A stretch of 64,000 nucleotides of DNA from positions 310,001-374,000 of the forward strand of contig CDRNVI010000083.1 of the NCBI GenBank assembly GCA_977017575.1, in the 5' to 3' direction. Within the stretch, counting starts at the first letter, position 1. Each line of letters begins with the position of its first letter. The stretch is from Paramoeba atlantica (Eukaryota > Protista > Discosea). The notes beneath the pieces are model-generated. The model saw nothing but the letters and a program-made list of their open reading frames with translations, was not told the DNA's origin and did no database searches. The translations under genes were made by a program, and so were the position numbers. Shown here piece after piece: positions 60,051 to 64,000 of the stretch.

Positions 60051-60926
60051 TAAACAAAAAGGGGGTAATAAACAAAAAGGGGGTAATAAACAAAAAGGGG
60101 GTAATAAACAAAAAGGGGGTAATAAACAAAAAGGGGGTAATAAACAAAAAGGGGGTAATAAACAAAAAGGGGGTAATAAACAAAAAGGGGGTAATAAACA
60201 AAAAGGGGGTAATAAACAAAAAGGGGGTAATAAACAAAAAGGGGGTAATAAACAAAAAGGGGGTAATAAACAAAAAGGGGGTAATAAACAAAAAGGGGGT
60301 AATAAACAAAAAGGGGGTAATAAACAAAAAGGGGGTAATAAACAAAAAGGGGGTAATAAACAAAAAGGGGGTAATAAACAAAAAGGGGGTAATAAACAAA
60401 AAGGGGGTAATAAACAAAAAGGGGGTAATAAACAAAAAGGGGGTAATAAACAAAAAGGGGGTAATAAACAAAAACGGGGTAATAAACAAAAAGGGGGTAA
60501 TAAACAAAAAGGGGGTAATAAACAAAAAGGGGGTAATAAACAAAAAGGGGGTAATAAACAAAAAGGGGGTAATAAACAAAAAGGGGGTATAAACAAAAAG
60601 GGGGTAATAAACAAAAAGGGGGTAATAAACAAAAAGGGGGTAATAAACAAAAAGGGGGTAATAAACAAAAAGGGGGTAATAAACAAAAAGGGGGTAATAA
60701 ACAAAAAGGGGGTAATAAACAAAAAGGGGGTAATAAACAAAAAGGGGGTAATAAACAAAAAGGGGGTAATAAACAAAAAGGGGGTAATAAACAAAAAGGG
60801 GGTAATAAACAAAAAGGGGGTAATAAACAAAAAGGGGGTAATAAACAAAAAGGGGGTAATAAACAAAAAGGGGGTAATAAACAAAAAGGGGGTAATAAAC
60901 AAAAAGGGGGTAATAAACAAAAAGGG
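60051..60926. repeat. Satellite S2, 18-bp unit TAAACAAAAAGGGGGTAA, ~48 copies
   Basis: Direct reading; one substitution (~60475) and one 1-nt deletion (~60588). About 1.5 degenerate units continue at 62058-62087. Confidence 0.98.
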
Positions 60927-60929
60927 CTA

Positions 60930-62053
60930 GGGGGGACCTTCGATGAATCTTCATCGAAAGTTGTACACTTTCGATGAAGCACATCGAAAGTTGTACACTT
61001 TCGATGAATCTTCATCGAAGGTGTTTTTGACTTTTTTTGACTTTTTTAACTTTTTGTTTTTGAACGAATTTTTCCATTGGCTGTTGAAAACACGTTGCAT
61101 GAAACATATAATTTCATTTTAAATTCAATAATTTTTTGTTTTTTTGTCTGAATTCTGACTTTCCGTTTTTTTTCACATTTTGGCTTGGGGGTACGTTCGT
61201 TGATTTCTCAACGAACGTACCCTGTGACCGTAAAAAATCTGCAGGACCTTAGAGGGAGGAGGAAGAAAGGCCCAACTGATAACTACTTGATAATCTTGAT
61301 AATCTTGACCAACTACCTTGATAACAAATTTTAGTACCCATTCGTGGGAAGCAATTTGCGAAGCCCAACTACTTGATAACAAATTTTAGTACCCATTTTG
61401 GCCGCGCGGGGGCCCCCGCGTGAGCGGGGGTGCGCGCGGCCGCGAAACGGCGAGGGCCCGCGTGAGCGGGCCTGAGCCGTACCCCGCTTAGGGTTCCCCT
61501 GTGCGTCGTTAGTGGGAAGCAATTTGCGAAGCTCACTGAATTTCGTAGTTTTCGCTACGCAGGCGTTGTCAACGTATATAGCGAAGTGTAGGATACTGAA
61601 CGCACGGAAAATGAAAATCAAAAAAAATTCTTGGATGTTCCACAAAAGTCCTTGACTTATGCAAAAGTCCTTGATTTCCACCGTGAATTTCCGTTCGTTG
61701 AGTACTCAACGAAAATCCGGCACTTCGTTGAGTGCTCAACGAAAATCCTGTGTTTACCCCTTCCGCAGGATTGTCGCTCAAAATATGTATATGGATCAGT
61801 CAAAAACGCTTCGATGAAGATAAACTGAAGAAACGGTGAAATTCCTCTACGAGCCTTCACAAAACACTTCGATGATGCACCAAAAAAGTCAAAATGTCTA
61901 TATGCATCCGCGAAAAACGTTTGCGTGAAGATTTGAAAAAATAAAAAAAAAGTCAAAAACACCTTCGATGAAGATTCATCGAAAGTGTACAACTTTCAAT
62001 GTGCTTCATCGAAAGTTGTACACTTTCGATGAAGCTTCATCGAAGGTCCCCCC
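60930..62053. mobile_element. 1124-bp non-autonomous DNA transposon (MITE-like) with ~115-bp TIRs and TA flanks, inserted in S2
   Basis: TA|GGGGGGACCTTCGATGAA... and ...TTCATCGAAGGTCCCCCC|TA. The TIRs are built of palindromic TTCGATGAA/TTCATCGAA subrepeats. No transposase ORF. Confidence 0.88.
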
Positions 62054-62230
62054 TACCCACAAAAAGGGGGTAATAAACAAAAAGGGCATTAGCCCTCATG
62101 CCGAGACTAGGGATCACACATCCAGATCTTCCTTCTCAACTGCTTTGCCCAGGATGTAACATTCTTTTGAAAGACGAATCAATATTGCCTTTTTTTTTTG
62201 TTCTCTTCATCGAAGGTCCCCACTACCCAA

Positions 62231-62371
62231 CATCATCTGGTATTTTTATCTTATGAGCCGTCATTACTGTTTTTTTTTTTGTGTTATCTTGTGTGCTTTT
62301 GGCCCGATTTCCGGAGTAACTTCAAAGATTCAGCATTGTAGACTTCCTACCCAATGTTCTTGGGCCATATA
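62231..62371 (-). pseudogene. Diverged 3'-end fragment of an H-family element
   Basis: Matches 62493-62632 (last codons plus 3' UTR of H) with scattered substitutions. Confidence 0.8.
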
Positions 62372-64000
62372 TATAAACTTTTAGAACTTGATAAAATTGA
62401 TAACCATTGCACATACTCAGTTCCACTTTTTATCTATCTTTATCACCAATGACTGTCCTAAGATGTTGCAACGTCTTGAGATTAAAACCAAATCATCATC
62501 TAGCATTTTAGCTTATGTGCCGTCATCACTGTTTTTTTTTGTGTGTTATCTTGTGTGCTTTTGGCACGATTTCCGGAGTAACTTCAAAGATTCAGCATTG
62601 CAGACTTCCTACCCAATGTTCTTGGGCCATATATTGCCGCAGTTGCGAGAAGATAGTGTATGCGGAGAATTTTTCAATTTCCAATTGGAATGCTTCTCGA
62701 GTGTTTTCTACGTCTAGGCCTGCCCTATTTGCCAGTGTCTTGAGGAGTTCCTTAGTTTCCTTGTGAAGAAGACCACAATCTGTTACTGGTATGCAGCGAA
62801 AGTATTCTTGGTCCAATCCTTTTTCCTGCACATATTTCCGTTGCTTACGGTCTACCGCATTTTGGAGGAGGGCAACGCTTGTCTGCCGCTTGTAGCTCCC
62901 ACAACAAGTGTGCACCACTGTCACATCGTAGAGTATCTCCCCAACATTTGGCCACATTATGGCCAGATCAGGGCCTGAACGAATTCTCCGAGCACGACAA
63001 GGATGATGTTCTGCAGCTTCAGGTGAAATGGAACATTTGCACTTCGTGCAGAAGAAGGAAGAATGAAGGCGTGGTTCTATAGCGCAGGGTACTCCAGCTT
63101 TGGCACAAAGATCGGAAAGGTAGCGCACGATGTGGGAGTGCTTTCTCGTACAGTTCATCCCTGCACATCTTGAACACCCAGCTACATGTGAAATGATTCC
63201 ATGTGGTGTTTCCGTGGCGCCGCATCCTGGACAAGTAATTTCATTCGGCGCACCTTGGAGTGCGATACCAAGCCGCATCATGAGTGTATATCGGAAGAGA
63301 TACGGATTCACGTAATTATTTGTCGCTGCCAAGTGGAGATTTGCTTCTTTTGATCGCTTCATAATGCCCGCAAATCTATCCTTTTGCATCAGTTCTGAAG
63401 CCAGTGTTTCATGTTCTAACTTAATCTGCTTTTTGAAATCAGTACGTGCAGCTTGGCTGGAAATTTTCTTGTGGTTGGCACCTTTCCGCTCTCCCGTGAT
63501 ATCTACTGGAGCGTTAGTGGGTTTAAGTTGCTCATCAATAGATTTACGGGAAATCGCAAAAAGATAGCGTTGCTTCAATATCGTCGATGTTATGCCTAAG
63601 CCGCCCATCTTACATGGTAGAGAAGCTAGTCGGAGGGCTTCATCATCTGCATTGCACCATCGTCTCAACACTTTGTGGATTTCTTTATCAAATACCTCAG
63701 CGAGGGAAAACGTTGCCTCTGGAACGTGCACTCTAAGATGATAATCGTGACGTGGAAGAGTACACCGACGCAGGATTGCTAGCGACAGGTTACTTGGCCC
63801 CATCACCCGCAGACGACGAAAAAGGCATTCATGTTTACTCAGCTTTTCAATCAGTTTATGTTCCACAACTTTCGCACTTCCTATGTATCCACCTAACACT
63901 TTGATGGACTGTTCGCATGTTGTGACGCCAAGCTCCTTGAGGTTGGTTTTATTTAATACTTCGTTTGTGTTTCGGAACCACTCGCATTTTCCGTAGTTTA
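62372..64000 (-). mobile_element. Element H: RLE non-LTR retrotransposon running off the right edge (frame open from the edge to stop at 62592)
   Basis: HDYHLRVH, MGGLG, CPGC..HVAGC, GPDL, YDVTVVH, RKQRKY; homologous to A and C. Confidence 0.9.

Overview
Eukaryotic, repeat-dominated window with no recognisable host gene; it looks subtelomeric or heterochromatic. The backbone is an 18-bp satellite (S1, GTTAAGACCCTTTCTTTT) forming a ~17-kb array at 1-17108 and shorter arrays up to 55.9 kb. Inserted into S1 are: (i) several related but diverged non-LTR retrotransposons with RT plus a C-terminal restriction-like endonuclease (RLE), here called A, B1-B5, C, E, G and H, whose junctions cluster at one register of the repeat (GGGT^CTTAAC on the G-rich strand); (ii) a decayed tyrosine-recombinase retrotransposon (gag-YR-RT order as in VIPER/TATE, split direct repeats A1..B1-A2-B2), itself interrupted by a CRE-clade element (F) fused in frame to its RT. 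Element B is frameshifted, lacks its endonuclease and is tandemly amplified five times. Elements with unrelated N-termini start with the same 15-17 nt leader, (T)TTCTGTACCTTGTTG, which resembles the 3' end of the kinetoplastid/diplonemid spliced leader. A second 18-bp satellite (S2), two TIR-bearing MITE-like inserts and two GC-rich structured segments lie in the right part. The giant LRPFLL/VKTLSF/NKRKGL ORFs are repeat artefacts. The host taxon cannot be determined; Euglenozoa is only a guess. All protein family calls come from motif reading, not database searches.
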